Source: Halogeometricum borinquense DSM 11551
GTDB lineage: Archaea; Halobacteriota; Halobacteria; Halobacteriales; Haloferacaceae
DNA length: 32,000 bases
Assembly: GCF_000172995.2 (NCBI RefSeq)
Contig: NC_014731.1
Span: forward strand, 60,001-92,000
Reading direction: 5' to 3'
Notes under the pieces: model-generated
What the model was told of the DNA's origin: nothing
Seen by the model: only the letters and a program-made list of their open reading frames with translations
Databases searched by the model: none
Part shown: piece by piece, positions 1 to 9,180 of the stretch
Layout of the letters: every line of letters begins with the position of its first letter
Position numbering within the stretch: the first letter of the stretch is position 1
Program-made: the position numbers and the translations under genes

Positions 1-103
1 TGAGATACCACGAAAGGTCCGAATCCGGACTTTCGAGAGCAAACTCCGGAAGGTATCCATTAGCCCGCCGACGGATGCGTTGCCACGCTTGTGACTGTGC
101 CAT
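1..103 (-). CDS. 5' end (34 codons) of an ORF running off the window; probably the first permease gene of the sugar ABC transporter operon
   Basis: ATG at 103 lies 2 nt after the TGA (108..106) of the binding-protein gene on the same strand. Hand translation MAQSQAWQRIRRRANGYLPEFALESPDSDLSWYL stays open to position 1. Function is inferred only from operon position; the fragment is too short to recognise. Confidence 0.35.
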   Translation of the reverse strand, partial: MAQSQAWQRIRRRANGYLPEFALESPDSDLSWYL

Positions 104-105
104 GA

Positions 106-1437
106 TCAGAGGAGTGCGTTGATCTCTTGAGCCGCCTTGTCGAGTGCCTTCTCAGGGTCTTCACCCTGCCACATCGACTGCGCCTGCGTGTGGACCGTGT
201 TCCACATCTTCGATACCTCGGGGTGACTCGGGAACGCCTTGGTGTTCTCCATCTCCTGTGCGACGGTTTTCAGTTTGGGGTTCTCCTCAAGGTATTGCTG
301 GAACGCGTCGGTTTCGTACGCATCTTTCCGGCCGGGGAACCCACCCATCGCCTTCGTGACGTTCTTTTGGACTTCCATCGAGTCGATGTATTCCAGCCAC
401 TTGAGACCGAGCTCCTTGCTCGCGCCGCCTCGACTCGGAACGCTGTAGAACACACCCGCACTCCACGTGTGGCTTACGTCAACGTTCGGTCCGCTCGGGT
501 GCGGATTGTACTGCCAGTCAAGTCCGCTTTTGCGCAGGCGCGGGAAGTGCCACGACCCGGCGTAGAACATCGGCGCTTCGCCCGCGAGGAAGTCCTCGAC
601 AGCCGACGTTCCGCCCGGGTTACGAGCGAGAATCGAATCGTCTTCGACGATTTTTGGCTGGAGGAAGTTCGCCGCTTCGAGGGCGGCGTCGCTGTTGATC
701 CGTGCCTCCGTGCCGTCTTCGCTGAGGTACCCGCTACCGTTCGAGAGAACGAACGAGTCGAAGCCCTCGCCTGCGGGCATCGAGTAGGCCGTGCCGTGCG
801 TCTTCGACAACTCGGTAACCCACGTCTCCCACTCGTCCCAGGACGGCCGATAGGTCGGATCGGGAACTTCGAGTCCGGCTTCTTTGAACATCGACCTGTT
901 GATACAGAGGAGACGGCAGTCGGCGTACCACGGGACAGCCCAGAGCTTACCGTCGTAGCTGGCGTTGTTTCGTGCGGCGGGCACGTAGTCGTCCGCGTTG
1001 AACCCGTTTGCCTCGAGGTCAACTGCGGCACCTTTGGAACCGAAGCGTGAAACCCAAAGCACCGAAAGCGCGAGACTGTCGGGCGCGTTCCCCGCGGGAA
1101 TCGCCGATGTCGCCTTCGAAAGGTAATTCTCGAATGGATAGTACTGCCAATCGACACCGCCGACGTCGAAGTTATTTTTGAACTCTTTGCCTTGCTCTTT
1201 CCGAATCGGGGTCAATCCGGGATCGTTCCACGCCCAAAGCGTCGCCTTTTCCCCGCTCGATCCGCCGGAGTTTGAATCCGTTCCGGAGCTGGTTTCGTCC
1301 CCGCTACCGCCGCCACCGTTGGTGGACGTGTTCGTACTACCATCATCGCCGCCCATACAACCGGCGAGTCCTGCGACACCGGCCGATCCGGTCAGTGAAA
1401 GGATTTTCCGCCGAGAGATACTGCGTCTGTTGCTCAT
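106..1437 (-). CDS. ABC transporter substrate-binding lipoprotein, carbohydrate (family-1 solute-binding) type
   Basis: 443-aa ORF. The N-terminus SRRKILSLTGSAGVAGLAGC is a twin-arginine signal plus lipobox Cys. A G/S/T/D-rich linker typical of haloarchaeal lipoproteins follows. The body resembles sugar-binding proteins, and the gene is flanked by an ABC ATPase and a downstream ORF. Confidence 0.85.
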   Translation of the reverse strand: MSNRRSISRRKILSLTGSAGVAGLAGCMGGDDGSTNTSTNGGGGSGDETSSGTDSNSGGSSGEKATLWAWNDPGLTPIRKEQGKEFKNNFDVGGVDWQYYPFENYLSKATSAIPAGNAPDSLALSVLWVSRFGSKGAAVDLEANGFNADDYVPAARNNASYDGKLWAVPWYADCRLLCINRSMFKEAGLEVPDPTYRPSWDEWETWVTELSKTHGTAYSMPAGEGFDSFVLSNGSGYLSEDGTEARINSDAALEAANFLQPKIVEDDSILARNPGGTSAVEDFLAGEAPMFYAGSWHFPRLRKSGLDWQYNPHPSGPNVDVSHTWSAGVFYSVPSRGGASKELGLKWLEYIDSMEVQKNVTKAMGGFPGRKDAYETDAFQQYLEENPKLKTVAQEMENTKAFPSHPEVSKMWNTVHTQAQSMWQGEDPEKALDKAAQEINALL

Positions 1438-1580
1438 AGTCTGACCTCGAAACCAACACGATGTTAGTTCATAATAAATGTTCGGTATTAGATATCGAAT
1501 GTCACGATAGACTCGTCAGTGGCGCTCCGAAGAGAGACCGGGTGGGAGTGCTGGGCTCGGGAGAGCAGGGGGTGCGCTCT

Positions 1581-2717
1581 CTACGCGCGGATGTCGGCGT
1601 CGGCTTCGGGAGCAGTGGCGATGGTTCTGGTTTTCAGTGATTCCCCGGTGTCGGGGTCGAACAGGTGCATCTTGTCTTCGGGGAAAACGACGTGAAGCGT
1701 AGATCCGGGCTCGACGATGCGGTCGCCACCGACCGTCACGGTGTACTGTTGGTCGCCGATGTCAACGTAGACGTACGTCGTCTCACCCATCGGTTCCGTG
1801 ACAACGACGGGTACTTCGATGGCGTTCGTGTCTCCCGCCGAGGCGAGTTCGATACTCTCCGGGCGGACACCAAGCGTCAACGGTCCCTCACGCACCGAAA
1901 GTTCCTCACTCGTTTCCCGCGAGAGGTCGTAGCGGAACGTTTCGTGGATGAGACTTCCGTCCGCATACTCAACCTCAAAGAAGTTCATCGACGGCGAGCC
2001 AATGAATCCTGCGACGAACCGGTTCGTCGGCTCGTAGTAACACTCCAGTGGGGTCCCCAGCTGCTGGAGTTCGCCGTCGTTGAGAATGGCGATACGGTCG
2101 CCCATCGTCATCGCCTCCGTCTGATCGTGCGTGACGTAGATAGTGGTGATGCCGAGTTGCTGCTGGAGATCCTGCAGTTCGGTCCGCATCGTCGTCCGCA
2201 GTTTCGCGTCGAGGTTCGACAACGGCTCGTCCATCAGGAAAACGGACGGTTCGCGGACGATTGCCCGACCCAGCGCAACGCGTTGTTGTTGCCCACCAGA
2301 GAGTTCACCCGGTTTTTTGTCGAGCAGATCCTCGATGCCCATCATTTCGGCCGTTTGTTCGACTCGTTCTCGTATCTCGTCTTTCTCCATATCGGTGGAC
2401 ATCTTCAGCCCGAATCCGATGTTGTCACGCGCCGTCATATGGGGATACAGCGCGTAGTTCTGGAACACCATCGCAATATCCCGGTCGGTTGGGGGTTTGT
2501 TCGTGATGTCCGTGTCGTCAAGTATGATCTGTCCGGATGTGGCCGACTCTAATCCGGCAATACATCGAAGCGTCGTTGACTTTCCACACCCTGATGGGCC
2601 GACGAAGATGAGGAACTCTCCGTCCTCGATGTCGATGTTCAAATCGTCCACCGCCACGATGGAGCCACCGTCGTCCTCGAAGACCTTCCGGAGGTTACGG
2701 ATGTCTAGTTTTCCCAT
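1581..2717 (-). CDS. ABC transporter ATP-binding protein, MalK/UgpC-like (sugar import)
   Basis: Walker A GPSGCGKST, signature LSGGQQQRV, Walker B FLMDEPLSNLD, H-loop YVTHD, and a C-terminal MalK-type regulatory extension. Start placed at ATG 2717 (MGKLDIRNL...) instead of the 9-codon-longer ORF start at 2744. Confidence 0.9.
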   Translation of the reverse strand: MGKLDIRNLRKVFEDDGGSIVAVDDLNIDIEDGEFLIFVGPSGCGKSTTLRCIAGLESATSGQIILDDTDITNKPPTDRDIAMVFQNYALYPHMTARDNIGFGLKMSTDMEKDEIRERVEQTAEMMGIEDLLDKKPGELSGGQQQRVALGRAIVREPSVFLMDEPLSNLDAKLRTTMRTELQDLQQQLGITTIYVTHDQTEAMTMGDRIAILNDGELQQLGTPLECYYEPTNRFVAGFIGSPSMNFFEVEYADGSLIHETFRYDLSRETSEELSVREGPLTLGVRPESIELASAGDTNAIEVPVVVTEPMGETTYVYVDIGDQQYTVTVGGDRIVEPGSTLHVVFPEDKMHLFDPDTGESLKTRTIATAPEADADIRA

Positions 2718-2828
2718 TGCGAACTCACTACGTGAGCGAATCACTATCGAAGATAATAAAAGTGTAGGATAGTCGCCCGAGAAATCTCAAAAAGACGCGA
2801 GAGGGACGAAATCGGGGACAATGAAGAG

Positions 2829-3791
2829 TCACAGGTCGATACAGTCACCGGTTTCAGCCGCTTCACGCGCCGCGAGCGTTACCTCGAACGTCCTCGCCGC
2901 GTCGGCGTAGTCCGACCGCACGTCGTCCCCCCGTCCGCGTACGGCAGCAAGGAACGCCTCGAATTCACGCTGATACCACGACCCATCGCCTTGGAATGTC
3001 ACGCGCTCGCCGTCTACGACACCGGAAAGAGAGTGCTCGAAGTAATCCAGTTCGAGGAAGGCATCGTCGGCGACGACACGCACTTGGAACCGGGACTCCG
3101 GTGACGCGCAGGTCGAAGAGATGTGTGACACCGCCCCTGACTCGTGTGACAGCGTCGTCGAGGTCGCATCCTGGAAATCAAGCCCGTCGGCAAGCAGGCC
3201 GTCCGTTCCATCGCCACGGACAGTCTCAACCTCACCGAGGAGATACCGGTGTACGTCGAAGACGTGCGTCGATTGTTCGACGAGTTGTCCGCCGGAGTGC
3301 GCGCGCGACGACCACCATGAGGTATCGGGCACCGATACCCAGTACTCGCTATCGACGTGAGCCACTTGCCGCCCGTCCAGTAGTTCCCGTGCCCGGTCCG
3401 TTATCTGCGCGTATCGGCAAACGTACCCGACCTGCGTGACGACGCCCGATGATTCAAGCTCTCGTCGCGTCGCCGCGACCACCTCCGAGTCGAGACCGAC
3501 CGGTTTCTCCACGAACAGGTCGATCCCGGCGTCGGCCGCTTCGCGTTCGTAGCCTTCGTGTGCAAACGGAGGAATAGCGACGACGAGGGCGTCTAGCGAC
3601 TCCGACTCCTCCGCGATGAGTTCGTGACCGTCCGTGTACGCCGTTGCCCCCCGCGGGTCGGCCACCGCACGTGCGCGTTCGCCGTCGATGTCAGCGACGG
3701 CGACGAGCGTCGCACCGTCGTACTGGTCCAACGAATCGAGATGGACCGCGGCGATACCCCCCGCACCGACGAACCCGACGGTTGTTGTCAT
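2829..3791 (-). CDS. Gfo/Idh/MocA family NAD(P)-dependent oxidoreductase (copy E)
   Basis: N-terminal Rossmann fingerprint VGFVGAGGIA, EKP motif (LFVEKPVGL), E-x3-H (VEQSTH) in the C-terminal domain. TATA-like GTTTAAC lies 27 nt upstream of the ATG on the minus strand. Confidence 0.85.
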   Translation of the reverse strand: MTTTVGFVGAGGIAAVHLDSLDQYDGATLVAVADIDGERARAVADPRGATAYTDGHELIAEESESLDALVVAIPPFAHEGYEREAADAGIDLFVEKPVGLDSEVVAATRRELESSGVVTQVGYVCRYAQITDRARELLDGRQVAHVDSEYWVSVPDTSWWSSRAHSGGQLVEQSTHVFDVHRYLLGEVETVRGDGTDGLLADGLDFQDATSTTLSHESGAVSHISSTCASPESRFQVRVVADDAFLELDYFEHSLSGVVDGERVTFQGDGSWYQREFEAFLAAVRGRGDDVRSDYADAARTFEVTLAAREAAETGDCIDL

Positions 3792-3881
3792 GGTGGTCGG
3801 AGGAACTCACCGTCGGATGTTAAACTTTGCCGGGTGCAGTTCGTGCGAACCTATTTCACATCCCCGCCGAATCGAGGTGGT

Positions 3882-4685
3882 ATGCGGTTTGCACTCAACC
3901 AGATGGGGTTCCCCAATGACGGACTCGAAACGAACGCGGAACAACTCGCATCGGCCGGATACGACGGTATCGAACCGAATCTGACCGCCGACGGCCCACT
4001 GTGGGACGACGACGCCGTCGCCGCGTTCGGTGACTGCATCTCGACACTCGAATTAGAAGTCCCCGCCGTCTCCACCACGCTTCACTGGAAGCAGCAATTG
4101 TCGAGTCCCGACGCCGAAACGCGCGAGGCCGGTATCGACGCTGGAGAGCGGATGATTCACATCGCCGACGAACTCAATGCGGGTGCCATTCTCGTCGTTC
4201 CCGCTATCGTTGACGAAGAAACACCGTACGACGCCGCGTACGACCGCGCTCTCGAATCCGTTCGGACGTTAGCCGAGACTGCCGCGGAGTACGACGTGAC
4301 CGTCTGCATCGAGAACGTCTGGAACGACTTCCTGCTCTCACCGCTCGAATTCGCTCAGTTCGTGGACGAGGCGAGCGAAGCGGGACCCGTTGGCGCGTAC
4401 TTCGACGTGGGGAACGTACGCCGGTTCGGCCGTCCCGAACAGTGGATTCGAATTCTGGGAGACCGAATCGAACGGGTACACGTGAAAGATTACGACGCGG
4501 ACGTGGACACGATACACGGCTTTACGTACCCACTACAGGGAGACGTAGACTGGTATGCCGTGCGCGACGCCCTCGCGGACATCGGATACGACGGGTGGCT
4601 GACGGCCGAGGTCCCGCCGTACCAGACGGCACCCGAGCGGATGCCACCACAACTGTTAGACAACCTCCAGTACGTGTTCGACTAG
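3882..4685 (+). CDS. Xylose-isomerase-like TIM-barrel protein (sugar phosphate isomerase/epimerase family)
   Basis: 267 aa from ATG 3882 (MRFALNQMGF...). Motifs VCIENVWN, YFDVGN and HVKDYD are typical of this fold family. TATA-like TATTTCA (3852..3858) lies 23 nt upstream. The 86-codon extension in the ORF track is Arg/Pro-rich antisense of the divergent gene. Confidence 0.8.
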   Translation: MRFALNQMGFPNDGLETNAEQLASAGYDGIEPNLTADGPLWDDDAVAAFGDCISTLELEVPAVSTTLHWKQQLSSPDAETREAGIDAGERMIHIADELNAGAILVVPAIVDEETPYDAAYDRALESVRTLAETAAEYDVTVCIENVWNDFLLSPLEFAQFVDEASEAGPVGAYFDVGNVRRFGRPEQWIRILGDRIERVHVKDYDADVDTIHGFTYPLQGDVDWYAVRDALADIGYDGWLTAEVPPYQTAPERMPPQLLDNLQYVFD

Positions 4686-4712
4686 CGGAGACGCCCCTAC
4701 CTCGCGGAATCT

Positions 4713-5870
4713 TCAGTCATCGCCACCCGCCAGCGACGCGTTTCGAGTCACTCGGTTCGCATCAACAGTTGCGAGGAACACGACAACGGAGACGACAGCG
4801 ACGACGGCGTAGCCGCCGAACAGCCGAAAGATACCAAGTACGTCGAGCAACGCCCCAGAGAGCAGTTCGCCAGTTGCACCGCCGAGGCCAATGCCGAGAG
4901 CGGTCAGCGCTGTCTGCGCCGTCGCCCCGAGTTCGTCCGGCGAGAGTTCGTCTGCAAGTTCGACAACAGAGGTCATTACGGCGGCGTAGCCGACGCCGAG
5001 AAGCGGTTGAACCGCAATCACGGCGGCCGTCGTACCACCGAGGACGTACATTGAGAACACGGCAGCGTGGGCGAGTCCACCAGCGACGAAGAGAAGGCGT
5101 CGAGACGGTGCGGCGCGGACGAACGCGAGGAACGCAATCGCCTCCGCTGTTGTCTTGACAGCGAAGGCGGCCCCCGTTGTCTCGTTCCCGCCGCCGACCG
5201 CGTTGACGAAAAAGACGAAATACGAGTTGTTAGCCGAGAGGACGATGCCGACGACGAACGTCGCCGCGAGGAGTCCGGCGAACGACCGATTACGGAGGAG
5301 CGCCGGAACGCGGCGGCCAACCCCATCGAGTGGGTCGCCGTCCCCGACGGGCGTTCGGAGAACGACAAAAAATGCGAGCGCTGCACCGACCGCGTAGACG
5401 TAGAACAACACGGACGGGTCGGTGCGCGCGAGGACCAATCCGTACGCGAGCGTTCCGACGCCGAATGCGATACTCCCGAACGCGCGAACTGTCCCGTATC
5501 CGTACCCGGCCGAAAGAACAAGCGAATTCGCCACCGGGCGAACGGGCGACTGAAACGCAGCGAACGCAATCGTCAGTCCGACGAGTGCGAGGACACCGAC
5601 GCGCGCGGCGGGGGGAAAAGCCAGCGAGAGCGCACCAGAGACGGCTAACGCGATGAGGACGACACGCTTTTGCGCGCCGAGTCGGTCGCTAAGAAGCCCC
5701 CAAACGGGTTGTGCGACGATACCGACGACGAGAAGTGCCGCGCCGACGAGTCCCATATCACTACCCGAGAGGCCAACAGACCGGAAGTAGACGTTTCGGA
5801 ACGCCAAAATGCCGCTTGAGGAGAGGAAGAAGACGAAGTAGAACGACTGCAGTCTGGTAGACTTTCTCAT
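4713..5870 (-). CDS. MFS transporter
   Basis: 385 aa with about 12 hydrophobic G/A/V/L-rich segments. GLLSDRLGAQKR resembles the MFS TM2-TM3 loop motif. TATA-like TTTATC lies 24 nt upstream of the ATG. Confidence 0.8.
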   Translation of the reverse strand: MRKSTRLQSFYFVFFLSSSGILAFRNVYFRSVGLSGSDMGLVGAALLVVGIVAQPVWGLLSDRLGAQKRVVLIALAVSGALSLAFPPAARVGVLALVGLTIAFAAFQSPVRPVANSLVLSAGYGYGTVRAFGSIAFGVGTLAYGLVLARTDPSVLFYVYAVGAALAFFVVLRTPVGDGDPLDGVGRRVPALLRNRSFAGLLAATFVVGIVLSANNSYFVFFVNAVGGGNETTGAAFAVKTTAEAIAFLAFVRAAPSRRLLFVAGGLAHAAVFSMYVLGGTTAAVIAVQPLLGVGYAAVMTSVVELADELSPDELGATAQTALTALGIGLGGATGELLSGALLDVLGIFRLFGGYAVVAVVSVVVFLATVDANRVTRNASLAGGDD

Positions 5871-6021
5871 TCGATACGTTTGTCGCAGTGAACAGATAAA
5901 GTCGTTTTCACGTCCGCGTCGCGTGCCGGGGCGGGTCGATACCGCACGCTAGACACCAGAGATCACACACCAAGCACACGGCGATACGATTTTCACGGAC
6001 GCCTGCGCAGTCGCAGGTGCG

Positions 6022-6399
6022 ATGGAAGAACTCAGTACCGACGAGGCACCGCCGAGTATCGGCCCGTTCTCGCAGGGGATCCGCGACGGAGACCGCATCT
6101 ACGTCTCAGGACAGGGACCAATCGACCCCGACTCAGGCGACATCGTCGGCGAAGACGCGACAGCACAGACCGAACAAACGCTCGACAACGTCGAGGCAGT
6201 CCTCGAATCGGCCGGGCAGTCACTCGATGACGTGGTGAAGGCAACGGTGTTCGTCACCGATATGGACGATTACGACGCTGTCAACGAAGTGTACGGCGAC
6301 AGAATGAGTCAGCCGTATCCGGCCCGAAGCGCCGTCGAAGTTGTCGAACTCCCGGTAGACATCAGGGTCGAGATAGAAGTTATCGCCAGCGCAGAGTAG
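6022..6399 (+). CDS. ridA: RidA (YjgF/YER057c/UK114) family enamine/imine deaminase
   Basis: 125 aa with the family pattern GPFSQGI, IYVSGQGPIDP, KATVFVTDMDDYDAVNEVY, PARSAVEVVELP. TATA-like TTTTCA lies 26 nt upstream of the ATG. Confidence 0.9.
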   Translation: MEELSTDEAPPSIGPFSQGIRDGDRIYVSGQGPIDPDSGDIVGEDATAQTEQTLDNVEAVLESAGQSLDDVVKATVFVTDMDDYDAVNEVYGDRMSQPYPARSAVEVVELPVDIRVEIEVIASAE

Positions 6400-6420
6400 A
6401 GACGCGGCCCGAGGCCGCGG

Positions 6421-7161
6421 TTACGTTTCTTTTGTCGCCCAGTCGAGAAGGGCACCCCAGAGTACGGGAAGCCCATCCCACTCTAAGAGTTCCATCGGTG
6501 CCCAGTGGGGCGCACAGTCCGTCGCGAAGGCGAACGTCCGGCCTGCACCGGCCTCGCCGACGACGACGAACGGGTCCGCTCGGTCACCAACCGTCGCCCA
6601 CACGTCCGCGTCGTCTTTCGCTTGGAGGTGGTTGTAACCGAGAACGGCAGGCCACGTCTCGGGAAGGTCAGCGGGAACGCCGCGGTTCATCGGGATCGCG
6701 CCAGCGGGGGTTTCGACTCTATCGTCGCCGTCACGTATCTCGACCGGAAGCACATCAGCGATTGGCGTTCGGCCATAGCGTGCCGCACCGCCCTTCCCGG
6801 CGAAACTCATGTAGCCGCCGATCATGCCGAGTGCGCCGCCGTCGCGGACGTACTCAGCGAGGAGTCGGCACCGGTCAGTGTCGGTGTCGCCTGCAGTTAC
6901 GGCGGGCGTCAACTGGAGGGAGTCTGCGCCGACGTCGCTCAGCAGCACGAGGTCGTAGCTGTCGAGTTCCTCGCGGGTGCCGGGGAACGACGTTAGCGTC
7001 TCCTCGCACGTCAAGAAGTCCACAGCTGCACCGTTGACTTCGAGCGCGGCCACAAGGTGTTCCTCGGCCGTTCCGTAGTCCGCGTCCACGAGGACGTTTC
7101 GTCCTTTGACCTCGAACGTCACCGTCGTCCACGATTCGCCCGCAAGGAGTACGCGGGTCAT
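6421..7161 (-). CDS. GATase1-like (putative glutamine amidotransferase-like, DUF1355/ThuA-like fold) protein
   Basis: 246 aa. The pattern ESW...YDLVLLSDVGADSL...GGALGMIGGYMSFAGKGG...VLPVEI...DDRVE matches my memory of the putative-GATase family found beside sugar genes. No obvious Cys-His-Glu triad was recognised. The start overlaps the stop of the upstream ADH by 1 nt. Confidence 0.6.
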   Translation of the reverse strand: MTRVLLAGESWTTVTFEVKGRNVLVDADYGTAEEHLVAALEVNGAAVDFLTCEETLTSFPGTREELDSYDLVLLSDVGADSLQLTPAVTAGDTDTDRCRLLAEYVRDGGALGMIGGYMSFAGKGGAARYGRTPIADVLPVEIRDGDDRVETPAGAIPMNRGVPADLPETWPAVLGYNHLQAKDDADVWATVGDRADPFVVVGEAGAGRTFAFATDCAPHWAPMELLEWDGLPVLWGALLDWATKET

Positions 7162-8180
7162 TACGGTCGAAGGACGGCTTTGACCACGCCGTCGCGGCGT
7201 TCACGGACCGTCTCGATGGCCGTTTCGTACTCCGCGAGGTCGAACTCGTGGGTGACGATACCGTCGATAGACAGGTCACCGCGGCGGAACAGATCGATAA
7301 CTTGGTCAACCGTATGAGAGGCGGTGACGCCGCCGACGACTTGCAACTCCTTCGAGACAATGTCGTTGGGGTCGATCTCCTTCATACCGCCGAAGACGCC
7401 CGTAAGGACGACGTTTCCGCGCTTTCTCGTCGCCTTCAGACACGTGTTCACCACGTCTCCTGCACCCGCCGCTTCGACGCAGATGTCCGCACCTTTGCCG
7501 TCGGTGTACTCCAAGATGCGCTCGACCGGGTCCTCCTCGCGGACGTTGATAGTCAACGACGCGCCGTGATGTTCACCGATTTCGAGGCGTTCCTCGCGGG
7601 TTCCAGTGAGAATCACGTCTTTGACGCCCTGCGCGCGCAGGAGTTGGACGCCGTAGAGACCGAGCGAACCCGGTCCGAGAACGACACCGGTATCGTCGAA
7701 CGAGGTAGAGACGCGTTGAAGCCCGTGAAGCGTACATCCCGCCGAGTCGATTTGGGTCGCTTCGAGATCCGACACGTCGTCGGGAATCGGCGTGAGCGTG
7801 TAGGCCGGGAGCGCGGCGTACTCGCGGTAGCCGCCGTCGATAGTGAAACCGACCTCTTTCAGGTCATCGCACTGGTAGTACCGGCCCTCCCGACAGGCCG
7901 TACAGGTGCCGCAATAGACGAATCCGTGAAGAGCCACTCTGTCGCCGACGTTCAGGTCTTCGACGCCCTCACCCAGTTCGACCACTTCGGCGCACACCTC
8001 GTGGCCGGGAACGAGCGGGTAGTCAGTCCACGGTGGACCCTCACCCTCCATCAGTCCGATGTCGCTACCACAGATACCGACTGCGGAGACGCGGACGAGC
8101 GCTTCGCCCGGTTCCGGTTCGGGACGAGGTCGATCCTCATCCCAGATACTCCCTTCTCCGTCGATGACGACTGCTTGCAT
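7161..8180 (-). CDS. Zinc-dependent alcohol/polyol dehydrogenase (MDR family, sorbitol/threonine dehydrogenase-like)
   Basis: GICGSDIGL and PGHEVCAEV (catalytic Zn ligands), structural Zn cluster CGTCTACREGRYYQC (C-x2-C-x2-C-x7-C), Rossmann GPGSLGLYG. I prefer ATG 8180 (MQAVVIDG...) because TTATTA (8207..8212, minus strand) lies 26 nt upstream. ATG 8201 is an alternative. The 546-aa ORF-track version runs through the divergent PIG-L gene and is rejected. Confidence 0.85.
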   Translation of the reverse strand: MQAVVIDGEGSIWDEDRPRPEPEPGEALVRVSAVGICGSDIGLMEGEGPPWTDYPLVPGHEVCAEVVELGEGVEDLNVGDRVALHGFVYCGTCTACREGRYYQCDDLKEVGFTIDGGYREYAALPAYTLTPIPDDVSDLEATQIDSAGCTLHGLQRVSTSFDDTGVVLGPGSLGLYGVQLLRAQGVKDVILTGTREERLEIGEHHGASLTINVREEDPVERILEYTDGKGADICVEAAGAGDVVNTCLKATRKRGNVVLTGVFGGMKEIDPNDIVSKELQVVGGVTASHTVDQVIDLFRRGDLSIDGIVTHEFDLAEYETAIETVRERRDGVVKAVLRP

Positions 8181-8267
8181 AGCGTTTTGGTTATCTAACA
8201 TCCGAGTAATAAGCGTGTCGCCGAGTGGCATAACACTTAATGTGTGATTCGTCCTCAGTGGGTGTGT

Positions 8268-8969
8268 ATGCACGTGACAGCGATAGTTGCGCATCCAGAC
8301 GACGCAGATATCTTCTGCGGCGGAACTCTCAAGAAACACGCCGAACGCGGCGACGACGTTACCATCGTCTATATGACTCGCGGCGAATACGGCGGGTTCG
8401 ACACGACCGAGGAAGAAGTGGCCGAAACGCGCGAATCGGAGGCCGAAGCGGCTGCTGAGGCCCTCGACGCGGAGGCACGCTTTCTCGACTTCCGAGACGG
8501 TCGTATCACCTACTCGATGGAGAACCGCCTCGAACTGGTTGACGTGATACGCGAACTTCGTCCGGACATCATCCTCACGCACTTCCGGGACGATATGCAC
8601 CCCGACCACCGAGTCACCTCCCGACTCGTCACAGACGCGTACTACATGGCGTCGCTGCCGTTGGCACAAACTGATCACGAGGAGTGGGAACCGGACAACG
8701 TCTACTACTTCGGAAAACCGACCGCCGACGAGTTCGACCCCGAGGTGTTCATCGACATGAGCGACCAACAGGAAGCGAAAGAGGAAGCGATTCTCCAACA
8801 CGAGTCACAAGTCGAGTGGCTAGAGGAACACGGCGGTGTGGACGCCGAATTCGACGGTCTCGTCGAAGGGGTGCGAGCGCAGGCACGGACCACGGGTCGA
8901 ACCCGCGGTGCCGAGTTCGCGGAAGGTTTCGTTCCGCTTCACAAGGGAACGTCCGAGTACCTCGAATAG
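8268..8969 (+). CDS. PIG-L/LmbE family N-acetyl-sugar deacetylase
   Basis: AHPDDADIFCGG (AHPDD motif) near the N-terminus, a second metal motif MHPDHRV, 233 aa. ATG 8268 is preferred over the GTG at 8244. TATA-like ACTTAAT lies 26 nt upstream. Confidence 0.85.
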   Translation: MHVTAIVAHPDDADIFCGGTLKKHAERGDDVTIVYMTRGEYGGFDTTEEEVAETRESEAEAAAEALDAEARFLDFRDGRITYSMENRLELVDVIRELRPDIILTHFRDDMHPDHRVTSRLVTDAYYMASLPLAQTDHEEWEPDNVYYFGKPTADEFDPEVFIDMSDQQEAKEEAILQHESQVEWLEEHGGVDAEFDGLVEGVRAQARTTGRTRGAEFAEGFVPLHKGTSEYLE

Positions 8970-8977
8970 ACGTCAGT

Positions 8978-8992
8978 ACCCCCGTTCGACTG
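8978..8992 (-). promoter_or_regulatory. ORB-like element (left, inverted) with C-run/G-string
   Basis: ACCCCCGTTCGACTG. Its reverse complement CAGTCGAACGGGGGT resembles the archaeal origin recognition box core (..CAGTGGAAAC...GGGG) with one base missing from the A-run. Confidence 0.35.
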
Positions 8993-9030
8993 TTTTTACT
9001 GCGACGGATCGTTGCGGACAACGGTTCCAA

Positions 9031-9110
9031 TCTCCGGATAACTAGATTCCGAGTAAACATAGTTGACTGTAAGCTATTCGCAAGCCATTACACTATTAGA
9101 ATCGTAATGA
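9031..9110. other. AT-rich stretch between the two ORB-like elements (candidate duplex unwinding element)
   Basis: Hand count 30 G+C in 80 nt (about 38%), against about 63% in sampled coding DNA. Confidence 0.4.
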
Positions 9111-9113
9111 GAT

Positions 9114-9139
9114 ACAGGTGAAACGAGGGGGGAGGGGGT
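9114..9139 (+). promoter_or_regulatory. ORB-like element (right) with long G-string
   Basis: ACAGGTGAAACGAGGGGGGAGGGGGT. GTGAAAC followed by a G-string matches my memory of haloarchaeal/Sulfolobus ORB elements (TCCAGTGGAAAC..GGGGG). It lies 66 nt upstream of the orc1/cdc6 ATG. Confidence 0.5.
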
Positions 9140-9173
9140 ACTGAGACGGAGCTGACAGCCGAACCCCGACGAA

Positions 9174-9180
9174 TTTATCA
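9174..9180 (+). promoter_or_regulatory. TATA-like box of orc1/cdc6 (TTTATCA)
   Basis: 24 nt upstream of ATG 9205. This spacing is typical of haloarchaeal leaderless transcripts. Confidence 0.4.

Noticed and set aside
5902-5997. Direct repeat of TTTTCACG (5905..5912 and 5990..5997) in the MFS/RidA divergent region, as a possible operator pair.
   Set aside because: It is only 8 nt long. The second copy coincides with the TATA-like box position for ridA, and the first is adjacent to the MFS TATA-like box. Coincidence of A/T-rich promoter elements is the simpler explanation.
9127-9138. G-runs GGGGGGAGGGGG as a G-quadruplex.
   Set aside because: There are only two G-tracts, so an intramolecular G4 is not possible. 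The run is better explained as the G-string of an ORB-like element.
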